A stretch of 64,000 bases of DNA from Leucoraja ocellata (taxonomy: Eukaryota), in contig JAWMAR010000206.1 in NCBI GenBank assembly GCA_036785375.1, forward strand, positions 4,154,001 to 4,218,000, read 5' to 3'. Below the pieces are notes generated by a model. The model ran no database searches. It saw only the letters and a list, made by a program, of their open reading frames with translations, and was not told the origin of the DNA. Shown piece by piece: positions 51,147 through 63,159 of the stretch. Each line of letters starts with the position of its first letter. Position 1 is the stretch's first letter. A program made the position numbers and the translations under genes.

Positions 51147-52780
51147 CAAGTCAAGTTTATTTGTCACATACACATACGAGATGTGCAGTGAAATGAAAGT
51201 GGCAATGCTCGCGGACTTTTGTGCAAAAGACAAACAACCAAACAAATTATAAACACAATCTTAACACACATATTTTTTTACATAATAAATAATGGAAGGA
51301 AAAACGTTCAGTAGAGTTAGCCCCTGGTGAGATAGGCGTTTACAGTCCAAATGGCCTCTGGGAAGAAACTCCTTCTCAACCTCTCCGTTCTCACCGCATG
51401 GCAACGGAGGCATTTGCCTGACCGTAGCAGCTGGAACAGTCCGTTGCAGGGGTGGAAGGTGTCTCCCATGATTTTATTTGCTCTGAAGTTGCACCTCCTG
51501 TTGTATAGTTGGTGCAGGAGGGCGAGTGAAGTTCCCATAGTGCGTTCGGCCGACCGCACTACTCTCTGCAGAGCCTTCTTGTCCTTGGCAGAGCAATTCC
51601 CAAACCAGATGGTAAGATTTCCAGACAAGATGCTTTCCACCGCCGCTGCGTAGAAGCACTGGAGGATCCTCGGAGACACTCTGAATTTCCTCAATTGCCT
51701 GAGGTGGTAAAGGCGCTGCCTTGCCTTACTCACGAGTGTTGAGGCGTGTGATGACCATGTCATATCCTCGGAGATGTGGACTCCCAGATATTTAAAACAG
51801 TTCACCCTATCCACAGGATCCCCATTTATCCTCAATGGAGTGTACGTCCTCGGATGATGTGCCCTCCTAAAGTCCATGATCAGCTCCTTCGTTTTTTTGA
51901 TGTTCAAGAGGAGGCTGTTATCCTGGCACCAGAGTGCTAGATCAGCCACCTCCTCCCGGTCGGCCTTCTCGTCGTTGTCTGAGATCAGGCCCACCACCAC
52001 AGTGTCATCAGCAAACTTAATTATTGAGTTGGAGCTGAACATAGCCGCACAGTCATGTGTGTACAGGGAGTACAATAGGGGGCTGAGGACACAACCCTGG
52101 GGCGATCCTGTGCTCAGGGTGAGGGACTTTGATGTATTCCCTCCCATCTTGACTATCTGGGGCGTGGCTGTGAGAAAGTCCAGGACCCAGGCACACAGGA
52201 AGGTGTTGAGCCCCAATTCCCGTAGCTTCCCGGCCAGTCTGGTGGGGACTATTGTGTTGAAGTCTGAACTGTAGTCTATGAACAGCATCCTCACGTAGCC
52301 CCCCTTCTGGCTGTCCAGATGGAAGAGAGCGGTGTGCAAGACCTGGGAGACCGCATCATCCGTGGATCTGTTCGGACGGTATGCGAACTGCAACGGGTCC
52401 ATGTTCCGAGGGAGGAAGGCGCAGATGTGATTCTTCACCAGCCTCTCAAAGCATTTCATGACTACCGAGGTAAGGGCCACCGGACGGTAGTCATTCAGAC
52501 AGGCTGGGGAGGCATTTTTTGGTGCCGGTATAATGATGGATTTTTTGAAGCAGGCAGGGACCACGGACTTGTCCAGGGAGAGGTTGAATAATGTAGTGAG
52601 CACTGGAGCTAGCTGCGTAGCACAGGACATGAGTACTCGCCCCGAGATGCCATCGGGGCCTGCAGCTTTTCTCGTGTTCACCCGTGTCAGAGCCCTCCTC
52701 ACGTCGTGCTCGGACAGTGAGAATGTGTGCACATTCCTCCCTTCAGCTTTGGTAGCCAGCCCGCTGGCGGTACGCTTCTC
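51147..52780 (-). mobile_element. Young 5'-truncated Rex1/Babar LINE inserted in the DIRS YR
   Basis: Uninterrupted RT frame, 3'UTR, (cttga)n tail and possible ATAA TSD. Confidence 0.92.
51317..52732 (-). CDS. Rex1/Babar reverse transcriptase, 471-aa open frame, N-terminally truncated (no endonuclease)
   Basis: KAAGPDG, DYRPVALTS, QFAYR, FIDYSSDFNT, GSPQGCVLSP and KFADD motifs. Confidence 0.85.
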   Translation of the reverse strand: MHTFSLSEHDVRRALTRVNTRKAAGPDGISGRVLMSCATQLAPVLTTLFNLSLDKSVVPACFKKSIIIPAPKNASPACLNDYRPVALTSVVMKCFERLVKNHICAFLPRNMDPLQFAYRPNRSTDDAVSQVLHTALFHLDSQKGGYVRMLFIDYSSDFNTIVPTRLAGKLRELGLNTFLCAWVLDFLTATPQIVKMGGNTSKSLTLSTGSPQGCVLSPLLYSLYTHDCAAMFSSNSIIKFADDTVVVGLISDNDEKADREEVADLALWCQDNSLLLNIKKTKELIMDFRRAHHPRTYTPLRINGDPVDRVNCFKYLGVHISEDMTWSSHASTLVSKARQRLYHLRQLRKFRVSPRILQCFYAAAVESILSGNLTIWFGNCSAKDKKALQRVVRSAERTMGTSLALLHQLYNRRCNFRANKIMGDTFHPCNGLFQLLRSGKCLRCHAVRTERLRRSFFPEAIWTVNAYLTRG

Positions 52781-55499
52781 ATAAACCCAAACTGAAAGAA
52801 ACCCACAAACCTCTGCTACGTCTGTTTAAAAGTAGCTCACATGTGTCCCTTCACAAAACTTCCATACACCATGCAGTGATAGGTGCACAACTTATAGGTT
52901 GAACTAGCCACTGCTCTAGTCTGTGAGCAAATATGGGAGCTTCTTTCTGCAGACTTATTTACAATGGAAGCCATGGTTGAGTAGACCAATTTGGCACTAC
53001 TATAATTCATCTTGCCTCGTCTTGAATTATCTTTGGAGGCATCTTCTGATATAATACCCCGAGTCTTATCTGTGGGTAGGGCCAGAGACATATCTGCAGA
53101 GTTTATGACAAAACCTAAATATGTAATAGATAATGCCGGCACCAGTATGGACTTTCCTGGATGAATAACCCTAGATATTCTCGGAATGCCTTGGTTGCTG
53201 AAACAGCTAACCCTGTGACACCTGATCTCTTCCTTACAATAAGCATGTCCTCTATAAACTCCATGACAAAATGCCCTTTAGATCTGAGTAGGGCAACATT
53301 GACTTTAGAATCTTTGTAAAATAGCCTAGGGCTGAACTCAACCCCTTAGGTAGAGCCTAAAATTGCCACAACTGGCCTTGCCAGATAAATTTCAGATATA
53401 TACTGTGACTCTCGTGTATTGATACGGAATAGTATGCATCTTCAAGATCGATTGAGGCCCTAAAGCAATCCTCTGTAATCAGCTATTTTGCTGAATGAAA
53501 AATATCCATCTTAAAATGGTTATATTCCAAGCACGTGTTCAGACTAGCCAAATCCTAGAATGATTCGATATCCTCCACTTTTCTTCAACCTTGAGAAGAT
53601 ATTAGAAATATACCCCTCTTGTTCATGGGCTGACTGCTCAATCCTTTTGTGAAATTCCTCTTTCAACTTGGATAGCCATAGTTTCCTCTTTAGACGTATG
53701 TATGGAAGTCTTGGCTTCTCTTGCCGCGGAGGAAATTGATCAGCCAGTAACTGAATCTTATAACCGTTTATGATTTGTATAATGGAAGGATCAGAGGATA
53801 TCTGTCCCCACCTGTTTTTGAACAGTCTCAACCTATCTCCGACTTGAATATCGTCAGCACATCTCATGCGACTGATGGAATAATATTTGCATACCTCAAC
53901 GGCCTCCACCTCTTTGTCGTTTTGCTGTCCATGACGAGACAGATGGTGGCTGTAGATGTGATCAAGGCAGTTTCTAAGAAAGCACTTGCTAAAAAAACCA
54001 TCAAGGCTGCCAATAAAATAATAGGCAAGAGGTGATTATCACCAGCAGCCACCAAGATCCAGCAACCCCTGAAACTGACACCACCAAAAATGGCCTTAGA
54101 CGGTTGATCAATAGAGTCAACTGACCCTAGACTTTACTCTGTCCCCTTGGCACTAGCATTGTGGCCTGCTGGGAAACAATCCTGAGTATGTGAAGCATGC
54201 TGCCTCCATGGTGAGCGCTGAAACCTGCGAATAAAAGGCCCTCTGGCTTGGTTTTAATTGTGTCGGCCTGGTGCTCCAACCAGCCTCAGTGTAGCGGTGT
54301 CTGCCACTAGCTTGGTAGGGATGATATGCATGCAGGTAAATGAGAGTCTTACCCACAAAGGTGTCTTTACCACACCCACCGCAGCCGTGAATTCCTCTTG
54401 CATTACACAGAAGTGCTAAGGCGTCTACTGCAATTCAGACAGCTGAGTTCCCTCCACCGACTTTGTAAACCCTCTTTGAGAAATCTCTGAACTCACTGGA
54501 ATTTAAAGTCTTTTGACTGTTTTGCCCCCAAATGGTGGCATTAACCTATGGAACCTGGCATATTAATCTACGGAATCTGGCAGATATCAGGGCTAGCATA
54601 TTTCCCAGCAGTGTCCTGCATGTCCTTCTCAATCAAATGATGAGAAGTCAAGTAACCAATGCTACTTGCCAGTTCTTCCTCTAACGGTTCTATTATACCC
54701 GAGGGGATGGCAAATTTAGTAACAAGTGTCAGCAGATCCTTATTAGACTTGAGTTGAAGCATATAATCCACTTGTTGTGGGAATTCGAGTTTACTGTCAA
54801 CTACTCCACAGTCAGAGTCTCCACGAATAATCCTCAAAACACCTCTTAGTGGGAGATATCATAATGCAACCCTGAACCAGGTATTGCTGCTGCAGACATT
54901 TGACTGTAACTACCTGTCTCGGTCGCCAGTGTGCAGAACACATTCCCTTCGACCAGCCTCTCAATCAGGTTTTCCAGTATTGAGAGCCTACAGATGATAT
55001 CCTCAATGGATGTTGAGGCAGTACCTTCCTGCCCAATATTGTCCTTTTGGACATTGCCATTTTGGCTTTGGCCTTCCCTGAACTTTGTTCACCAAACTGC
55101 TCCCTTACGGAGCTTTTGCTTCTCATTATTTATTTATTTACTTTTTACATCACAAACCTGCAAGTCAGGTAATAATGCCACATGCCAGTTCGGCCTTTAC
55201 TGTAAACTGATACGAGTAAACACCTATCCCCGAGACGATGGCAAATTATGTTCCAGCATGCTGGCAGCTCTTTTTAGCCGTGAGCTGAAAGAATTTTGCA
55301 TGTGTTGAGGGAATCCTCAAACTCCCTGCCTCTGAGCAGGAGATATCCTCAAATATCTGAGTTTAACTATCAATGAAATGCACCTTCCTCACTCTTGTGG
55401 GCAGCCTGATAACCTCAATCATAGATGTTGAGGCAGTGCTTCCCTGGCCAATATGGTCCATTTGGACAGCCAGTTTCAAGTTGCTACCCTAAACCGGGA

Positions 55500-55900
55500 T
55501 AGACAAGCTGCTCCATTTCGGAACTTTCAGAGATTGCTGTGCAGGCCATCCTGCCAGCGTCTCTGAGCGCGGGTGGCCAACCTGCTCTTTTTCAGAGTCA
55601 GCAGAGGATACTGGACAGATTATGCTGCCAGTGTCTCCGAGCCAAGCTGCTCCCTTTCAGAGCTTTCGCGGAGGTTAATCTGCAGACCTTACCTGCCAGT
55701 CGACCAGCTGCTCCTTATCGGAGCTTCAGCGCAGTTCCTTTTGCATGCCATTCCTGTTCACCCCTTTGACTCCACGCTTCCTAAACTGCTCCCTTTTGGA
55801 GCTTTAAACGGAGGTTGCTGTGCAGGTCGCGCCTGCCAGCGTCTCCGAGCCCGGTGCGACAGGTTGCTCTATGCGACAGGCTGGTCCATTTCGGAGCCTT
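55500..55900. repeat. Degenerate ~60-75-bp tandem repeats at the DIRS 5' end
   Basis: ctgctcc.tttc.gagcttt..gagg...tgcagg....cctgccag recurs at ~55508, 55582, 55647, 55709 and 55786. Confidence 0.7.
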
Positions 55901-55974
55901 GTGACGACGTACTGACGCGCAAGCGGGATGGTGGGTTCTTCACGTTGTCTCGTCATGAGACTGTGAAATAAAAT

Positions 55975-56090
55975 TGTAAATTGTCCCTTTTGAGTAAGAT
56001 AGTGTTAGTGTACGGAGTGATCGCTGGTCGGTGTGGACTAGGTGGGCGCTCGGGCCTGTTTCCACGCTGTATCTCTAAAGTAAACTCTAA
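55975..56090 (+). mobile_element. SINE 3' half
   Basis: tgtaaattgtcc..gatagtgttagtgtacggagtgatcgctggtcgg..gggcctgtttccacgctgtatctctaaa. Confidence 0.9.
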
Positions 56091-58371
56091 ATCATGGTGG
56101 TCCTCCCAACAGTGTAATGGAACATCAAATGTTAAATTGAAAGGTAGATGCACTGATAATGCCAAATAATGGGCATATGCAACTGTTCTTTTTAATCAAA
56201 TTATATATTTGTTAATTTTCTGTGCCTTTATTCTATTTTTTCGCTCAGACAGGGTGAAAAAGTATTTTGCTCAAATGTATTTCTAACAGAAAACAATTGA
56301 GCTCAGCAACTTGAACTCATGGATAATGTAATTTTCTAAATTAACTATTCTGTGATGCAAATATAAAGAGTATGCATGAATGCACCACATTTTGACAAAT
56401 CATCCCATATAAGTTTACCATTCCTTGACAACTATTTCAAGATTGAGAAAATAAATATATTGATATCTCATTTGGATGTAAATACTCAAATACTGAATTG
56501 GTTATATAGTAAATTAAAGGATATAGTACTTTTTGGACAAATAGAAGTCTTGTCCTCTGTTGAGCATCACATACTGTGCAATTTTGCTTTTTACTGAACA
56601 TACAAAATGCATAGATTTTAATTTTAATTTTTTCTCACTAACTAAGCGCTAGCATCTTACTCGGCTCAACGAAAGGCAAGATTGCATATGGTGGAGAAAC
56701 GAGAATTATTCTTTGAAGACTGCTTTGGCATTTCAACCACATTATTCTCTGCTTGTGTTTCATTTGCACAATCCTTATCTTTTAAATGTTCTGTTAAGTT
56801 TAAAGGCAAATACAATAAATTTGATCTACAGTGGTAGTGACTAGAAACAATCCCCAAAACTAACAATTTATTTCTGATAGTAAGAAATGATTGTGTCAAT
56901 ATATCTTTAGGCTTTTTTGCACAGCTCACCATAGTTTGAAATGACAGTTCAACATTATATGTTCTTACTATTAGCCTCGGCCCAGATCTGCACAACTTTA
57001 ACATGATTTGCATTTAACAAACAATTACCATGCATTTTTTAGCATTATAGTATAAAATGCGAAAGAACCAAATTTTTGTATGGTTTCTGGACAATGAGAA
57101 GAAGTCTTGACCTACCTTTGAAATTCAACCATTGACCAGAAACTCAACTCTTTCTGATTCTGATTAGTTCCCTTTTTGAACCTCAATTCCTATAACATGA
57201 AAGGGTAACAGGCAAGTATAGTTACTGTTACCTACATACTTGCCAAATGACTTGGAAACATATCTGCTGCCTCATTTCTTGTCAGGTTAAAATCCTGAAA
57301 CCTACCCGATAGCATCACGGGAGACCAATGCCTCAAACTCTTGAGCGGGTCAATAAGCTATCTCTCCACCACACTCTCAAGGTTAATAATGGATGCTGCA
57401 GATAGATCTATGGTACCGGGCCTGGCTCTGAGGCACAGCACAGAAGGGGGATGTCAGGCAGAGCCATAGTGATAGGAGATGCATAAGTTAGGGAGGCAGA
57501 CAAGAGAGTCTATGGTAGCAAGTGAGATGCCACGATAGTGTGTTGCCTCCCTGGTGAGTGGGTCCGGGACATCTCTAAGTGGCTCCACACCGTTTTCAAG
57601 GAGGAGACTAAGCAGCAAGATGTTATTGTGCATGTTGACACAAATGATATACTATAGGTGGTAAAGGGATGAAGTTCTACAAATTGAATGAAGAGAGTTA
57701 GGTAAAACGATAAAATCACAGGACATACAGTGTAGTGATCCATGGATTACTAGCAGTGCTTTCAGCTAATGAGGGCAGGAAAAGGACGAGAGGACGTATG
57801 AATACGTGGCTCAGGAGTTTCTGCAGGGGGCAGGGATTTGACCTTTTGGACCATTGGGATCACTTCAGGCGATGAGGTGACCTGTACAAGAGGGACGGGT
57901 TGCACCTGAACTGAAGGGGAACCAATATGCTGGCCTTGTGACACTCGGATGGGTTTAAACTAGATTGGCAGGGAGCATGAGATCTAATGCAGGAACAACC
58001 AGGCGGGTGAGAGGCTGGAAGTTGTTATGAAAAATGGTGGCAACTAGTTCAGTGGTCACGATTTGCAGGAGCTCAGCAGGGAGTTAGGAAGGACTGTTGG
58101 GTTGAATTGCATTTATTTTAATGCGAGAGGCCTAACAGGTAAAACAGATGAACTCAGGGCATGGATAAACATGTGCAACTGGGATGTTGTAGCATTACGG
58201 ACACCTGGCTAAGGGAAGTACAGGACTGCAGCTCAATGTTCCAGAGTACAGGTGCTACAAGCAAGATAAAGTCAGGGGTAAAAGGCCAGGGGATGTTGCT
58301 TCATGATTTAAGATAAGGAGAAGATGTTGAGAAGGAAATTGTTACACATGTGTTCGAGATGATATTAGAGA

Positions 58372-60078
58372 GAGAGTGTTTTATTAAGATATGTCCCAGA
58401 TAGAACAATGAAATTCTTACTTGCAACATGGTACACTGTAAACAATATAATAAACGAGAACAATAATTAAGTTCCATGGGTGTATATATACACATACTCA
58501 CAAAAACACATATGTATTGATCATATAAATATACACGCACACACACGTACATATTAAAAAAACAATAATAGTGCAATAATAACAATAATAGTTTATGTAG
58601 TTCAGAGCTTATTTGAGGTAGACACAAAATTCGGCGTACCCTACAAAAAGGCAGTCATAGCTGGGGCCCATGCGAGTGCCCATAGCTAAGCCTTGGATTT
58701 GGAGGAAGTGGGAGGAGAAGTTAAGGGTAAGGACCAGCTCTGCTAGGCAGAGGAGAGTGCGGTGGCTGGTTGTGCGGTCGAGGAAGAAACAGAGCTTCCT
58801 GGTTGGGGATGAATGTAGAGTGTAGAGTGACTGGACATCCAGAGTAAAGATGAGGGAGTGAGGGCCTGGAAAACAAAAGTCATTGAAAAGACGACGGGCA
58901 TGTGAGGTGTTTTGGACATAGGAAGGGAAGAAGTGGACCAGGGGGGATAGGATGGAGTTGAGGTATGTGGACATTTATTCAGTGGGACATGAACAAGCAG
59001 AAATAATGGGCCTGCCAGGGCAATTGTGTTTGTGGATTTTGGGGAGATGATAAAATCGGGCCGTGCGGGGTTGGGGAACGATAAGGATGGAAGCTTTGGA
59101 GGGCAGAGAACCGGAAGTAATTAAACCAGAAATCGTGTGTGATATTACGGTCTGACGCTCATCTGTAGGATTATGTCCAAGGATAAGTAGGAGGAGGTGT
59201 CTGAGAGTTGTTGCCTGGCCTCAGCACCAGACTACCATGGCACCTCCCATGTCAGTGGGTTTGATTGTCAAGTCGGGGTTCTTTCCTACACAAGAGTTTA
59301 TTTGAGGTTCCCGATGGCAGGGGTGAAATGAGTGTGTTGCCAGGATGGTGTGGGTCTCTGATTATGCTCGCTGCCTTTTTGAGGCAGCGACTCCGGTAAA
59401 TCCCTTCGATAGTGGGTAGATCAGAGCCGGTGATGGACTGGGCAGTGTTCACAACTTTTTGTGGTCTTCTTCGATCCTGGGCATTTAAGTTGCCGAACCA
59501 AGCTGTGATGCAACCAGTCAAAATGCTCTCTGCTGCATCTGTAAAAGTTCAAGAGAATCCTCTCTGACGTACCAAAACTCCGTAATCTTCTCAGGAAGTA
59601 GAGGCATTGATGAACTTTCTTTATAATTGCATCAGTGTGCTGAATCCAGGAAAGATCTTCAGTAAAACTCAAGTCCCGGAATTTGACATTTTTGACTCTT
59701 TCCACCATTATATAAACAGGATTGTGGTCCCTCATTCTTCCTCTTCCAAAGTCCACAATCAGTTCATTGGTCTTACTGACATTGAGAGCCAGGTTGTTGT
59801 GCTGGCACCATTTGGTCAATCGGTTAGCCCTACTTCTATACTAAGACTTGTCACCATCTGTAATTCGTTCAACAACAGTGGTGTTGTCGGCAAACTTGAA
59901 GATGGAGTTCGCACTATGTCCGGCTATACAGTCGTGAGTATAGAGTGAGTAAAGCAGGGAGCAGAGCACACAGCCTTGAGGTGCTCCCGTACTGATTGTT
60001 ATTGAGGAAGAATTGTTTCTGCCAATTTGAACAGTCTGTGGTCTGTTGATGAGGAAGTCGATGATCAAATTGCAGAGA
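58372..60078 (-). mobile_element. Rex1-like LINE (tail ~58372-58617; body ~59290-60078) split by a Penelope RT fragment (~58617-59250)
   Basis: [24 protein letters not shown] (Rex); TLDVQSLYT, QGLAMGTRMGPSY.CLFVG (Penelope). Confidence 0.85.
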
Positions 60079-60364
60079 GATTACTGATGATTTGTTCAGT
60101 GAGTCAATGTAGGTGGAGATGAGAAATAAATAAGGGCTGATCACTTTGTTGGGAGTGTGCTATAGTTAATGGGAATTAGAACAAAAATGGCAGGAGATTG
60201 CAGACAGCGGGAATACTAATAGAGTTTTAACTTTCCCAATACAGACTGGGATTTCAAAGTGCCAGGGCCTTAAACTTGGATGCAAATGTAGGAATTATGA
60301 TTAGTAACTTTGTGAGAACATAAATATTGGCGGTGTTGTTGATTGCAAGCAGGGTTGTCTAAGA

Positions 60365-61830
60365 CACTAGGAAGCAAGTTTAATCTACAATTGGAGAGGG
60401 AGAAGGGTAGATCAGAGGTGTCAGTGTTGCAGTTGAATAAAGGGGACTATGGGGTCATGAGGGAGGAGCTGGCCAATGTTGACTGGAAAGATACACTAGC
60501 AGGGATGACAGTGGGACAAAATGGCAGGTGTTTCTAGGAATAATACAGAAGGTGCAGGATCAGTTCATTCTTAGGAGGAAGAAAGATTCCAAAGGGAGAA
60601 AGGGGCGACTATGGCTAACAAGGGACTTCGGGGACTCTATAAAAATTAAAGTGAAGAAGTACAACGTAGCAAAGATGAGCGGGAAGCAAGAGGATTGGGT
60701 AATGTTTAAAGAACAACAGAAGATTACCAAAAAGACAATTGGGGGGAAAAGATGAGGTACGAAGGTAAGCTAACCAAGAATATAAATCAGGATAGTAAAA
60801 GCTTCTTTAGGTATGTGAAGATGAAAAATTTAGTTAAGACCAAAGTTGGACCCTTGAAGACCGAAAAAGGTGAATTTATTCTGGGGAACAAGGAGATGGC
60901 AGATGAGTTGAACAGGTACTTTGGATCTGTCTTCACTAAGTAGAACACAAACAATCTTCCTGATATAGTAGTGGCCAGAGGATCTGGGGTAACGGAGGAA
61001 CTGAAGGAAATCCACATTAGGCAGGAAATGGTGTTGGTAGCAAAAACAGGAAGGCAGATTACAATCTAAATGGCGTCAAGTTGGGAAAAGGGGAAGTACA
61101 ATGGGATCTGGAGGTCCTTGTCCATCAGTCTACAAAAGTAAGCATGCAGGTACAGCAGGCAGTGAAGAAAGTGAATGGCATGTTGGCCTTTATAACAAGA
61201 GGAATTGAATATAGGAGCAAAGAGGTCCTTCTGAGGTTTACAGAGCCCTAGTGAGACCACACCTGGAGTATTGTGTGCAGTTTTGGTCCCATAATTTGAG
61301 GAAGGACATTCTTGTTATTGAGGGAGTGCAGCATAGGTTTACAAGGTAAATTCCTGGGATGGGGAACTGTCATTTGCTGAGAGAATGGAGCAGCTGGGCT
61401 TGTACACTCTGGAGTTTAGAAGGATGAGAGGTGATCTCATTGAAACATATAAGATTGTTAAGGGTTTGGACACGCTAGAAGCAGGAAACATGTTCCCGAT
61501 GTAGGGGGAGTCCAGAACCAGAGGCCACAGTTTATGAATAAGGAGTAAGCCATTTAGAAAGGAGATGAGGAAACACTTTTTCTCACAGAGAGTGGTGAGT
61601 CTGTGCAATTCTCTGCCTCAGAGGGTGGTGGAGGCGGGTTCTCTGGATACTTTCAATTGAGAGCTAGATAGAGCTCTTTAAAATAGCGGAGTCCGGGGAT
61701 ATGGGGAGAAGGCAGGAACGGGGTACTGATTGGGGATGATCAGCCATGATCACATTGATTGGCGGAGCTGGCTCAGGGCCGAAAGGCCTACTCCTGCACC
61801 TATTGCTTATTGTCTATTATCTATTGTCTA
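60365..61830 (+). mobile_element. Younger CR1 with the RT core deleted, nested in the older CR1
   Basis: Homologous to 8555-10663, but jumps at ~61038 from EMVL to SKNRKADY; (ctattgt)n tail. Confidence 0.88.
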
Positions 61831-62494
61831 CTACAGCAGGATATAGATCAGATGGAAAGTTGGTCATGGTGTTCACAGTTGGAATTTAATCCTGACAACT
61901 GCAATGTGGTGCATTTTAGGGAGTCAAATAAGGGGAGGTAAATGTGAGGCAACTAAAAAATGTGGATGAACAGGGACTTAGTCTAACATTAGCAACACAA
62001 ATGGATAGGGTTATGAAGGAGGCATGTGGCATGCTTGCCTTCAATGTTAGGGGGGATAGATTAAAGAGATTATGGTGCAACTGTTAAAAATGCTGATTAG
62101 ACCATACTTGACATATTCCTGACATCACACTATTGGGAAGGATCTGATTGCACTGGAAAGAATGCAGAGGAGATTCACCAGAATGTTGCCAAGACGAAGG
62201 ATCTTAGTTGTGGGGAGAGATTGGAAAGGCCGTGTTTGTTTTCTGTAGAATGAAGGAGGCTGAGGGGTGACCTTCCAGAAGATTATGCGAGGCATAGTTA
62301 GGGTAGATAGTTAAAATCTTTTCCCTGTCGTAGGGATATTAAAAAAAAGCATAGGTTGAAAGGGAGAAGTTTTAAGGGGATATAAGGAATAAATATTATA
62401 TACAGAAAGCACTTGATATTTGGAGTGCACCACCTGGAGATGATGGAATCAGATAAATAATGATAGTTAAGAACGTTTCGACAGACACTTACAT

Positions 62495-63112
62495 AGACTT
62501 TAGACTTTAGAAATACAGCGTGGAAACAGGCCCTTCAGCCTACCAAGTCCACACCGACCAGCAATCACCCCATACACTAGCACTATCCTACTCACTAGGT
62601 ACAATTATTTAAGATTTACAGAAGCCAATTAACCTACAAATCTGTACATCTTTGGAATGTGGGAGGAAAGCGGAGCACCCGGAGAAAACACATGCCTTCA
62701 TAGTGATAACACATAAACTCCATGTAGACAGCACCCATACGCAGGATCGAACTCAGGTATCTGATGCTGTAAGGCAGCAACTCTACCACTGTGCCACTGT
62801 TTCGCCCTAATTTAGTTTTTTTTAGTTTAGAGATACAGTGCGGAAACAGGTCATTCGGCCACGAAGTCCACACTGACCTGCGATCCCCACACATTAACAC
62901 TATCCTATACACTAAGGACAATTTACATTTATTCCAAGCCAAGCAACCTGCAAACCTGTACGTCTTTGGAGTGCGGGAGGAAACCGAAGATCTCAGAGAA
63001 AACCCACGCGGTCATGGGGAAAACGTGCAAACTCCGTACAGACGGCACCCATATTCGGGAGCGAATCCGTGCAGCAAGCGTTGTAAGGCAGCAACTCTAC
63101 CGCTGCACCACA
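62495..63112 (-). mobile_element. Two tandem full-length SINEs (~62495-62806, ~62810-63112)
   Basis: Consensus matches with tails. Confidence 0.9.
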
Positions 63113-63159
63113 GTGACGGTATGGCATAGAAGGATCTATTCTTTACACAGGCAAATAAG

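Larger units (their letters stand above)
47610..55974 (-). mobile_element. DIRS1-like retrotransposon with both termini, degenerate, carrying nested insertions
   Basis: ITR cgtgaagaacccacca (47638-47653 / 55929-55944); ICR ~47811-47900 complementary to both ends. RT: VGDRL..WGQISSD, FSRLKKSGGYRII, IDLEDAYYSV, YLGFVINS (53050-53850). YR: YSAIKTVRSALS, PRYKVVWN, SAQRAQSL, SHSTRAAGSS. Gag-like region ~54400-55000. Confidence 0.9.
57405..62495 (+). mobile_element. Old, long CR1 (ORF1 SGNH-esterase-like and ORF2 remnants) fragmented by younger insertions
   Basis: RAIVIGDA.VR..VCCLPG..DVIVHVDTND (57460-57650), CIYFNARGL..DELRAW (58105-58200), LQQDIDQMESW (~61830). Confidence 0.75.

Noticed and set aside
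51351-52784. Plus-strand ORFs of 83-132 aa
   Set aside because: Antisense shadows of the Rex1 RT frame.
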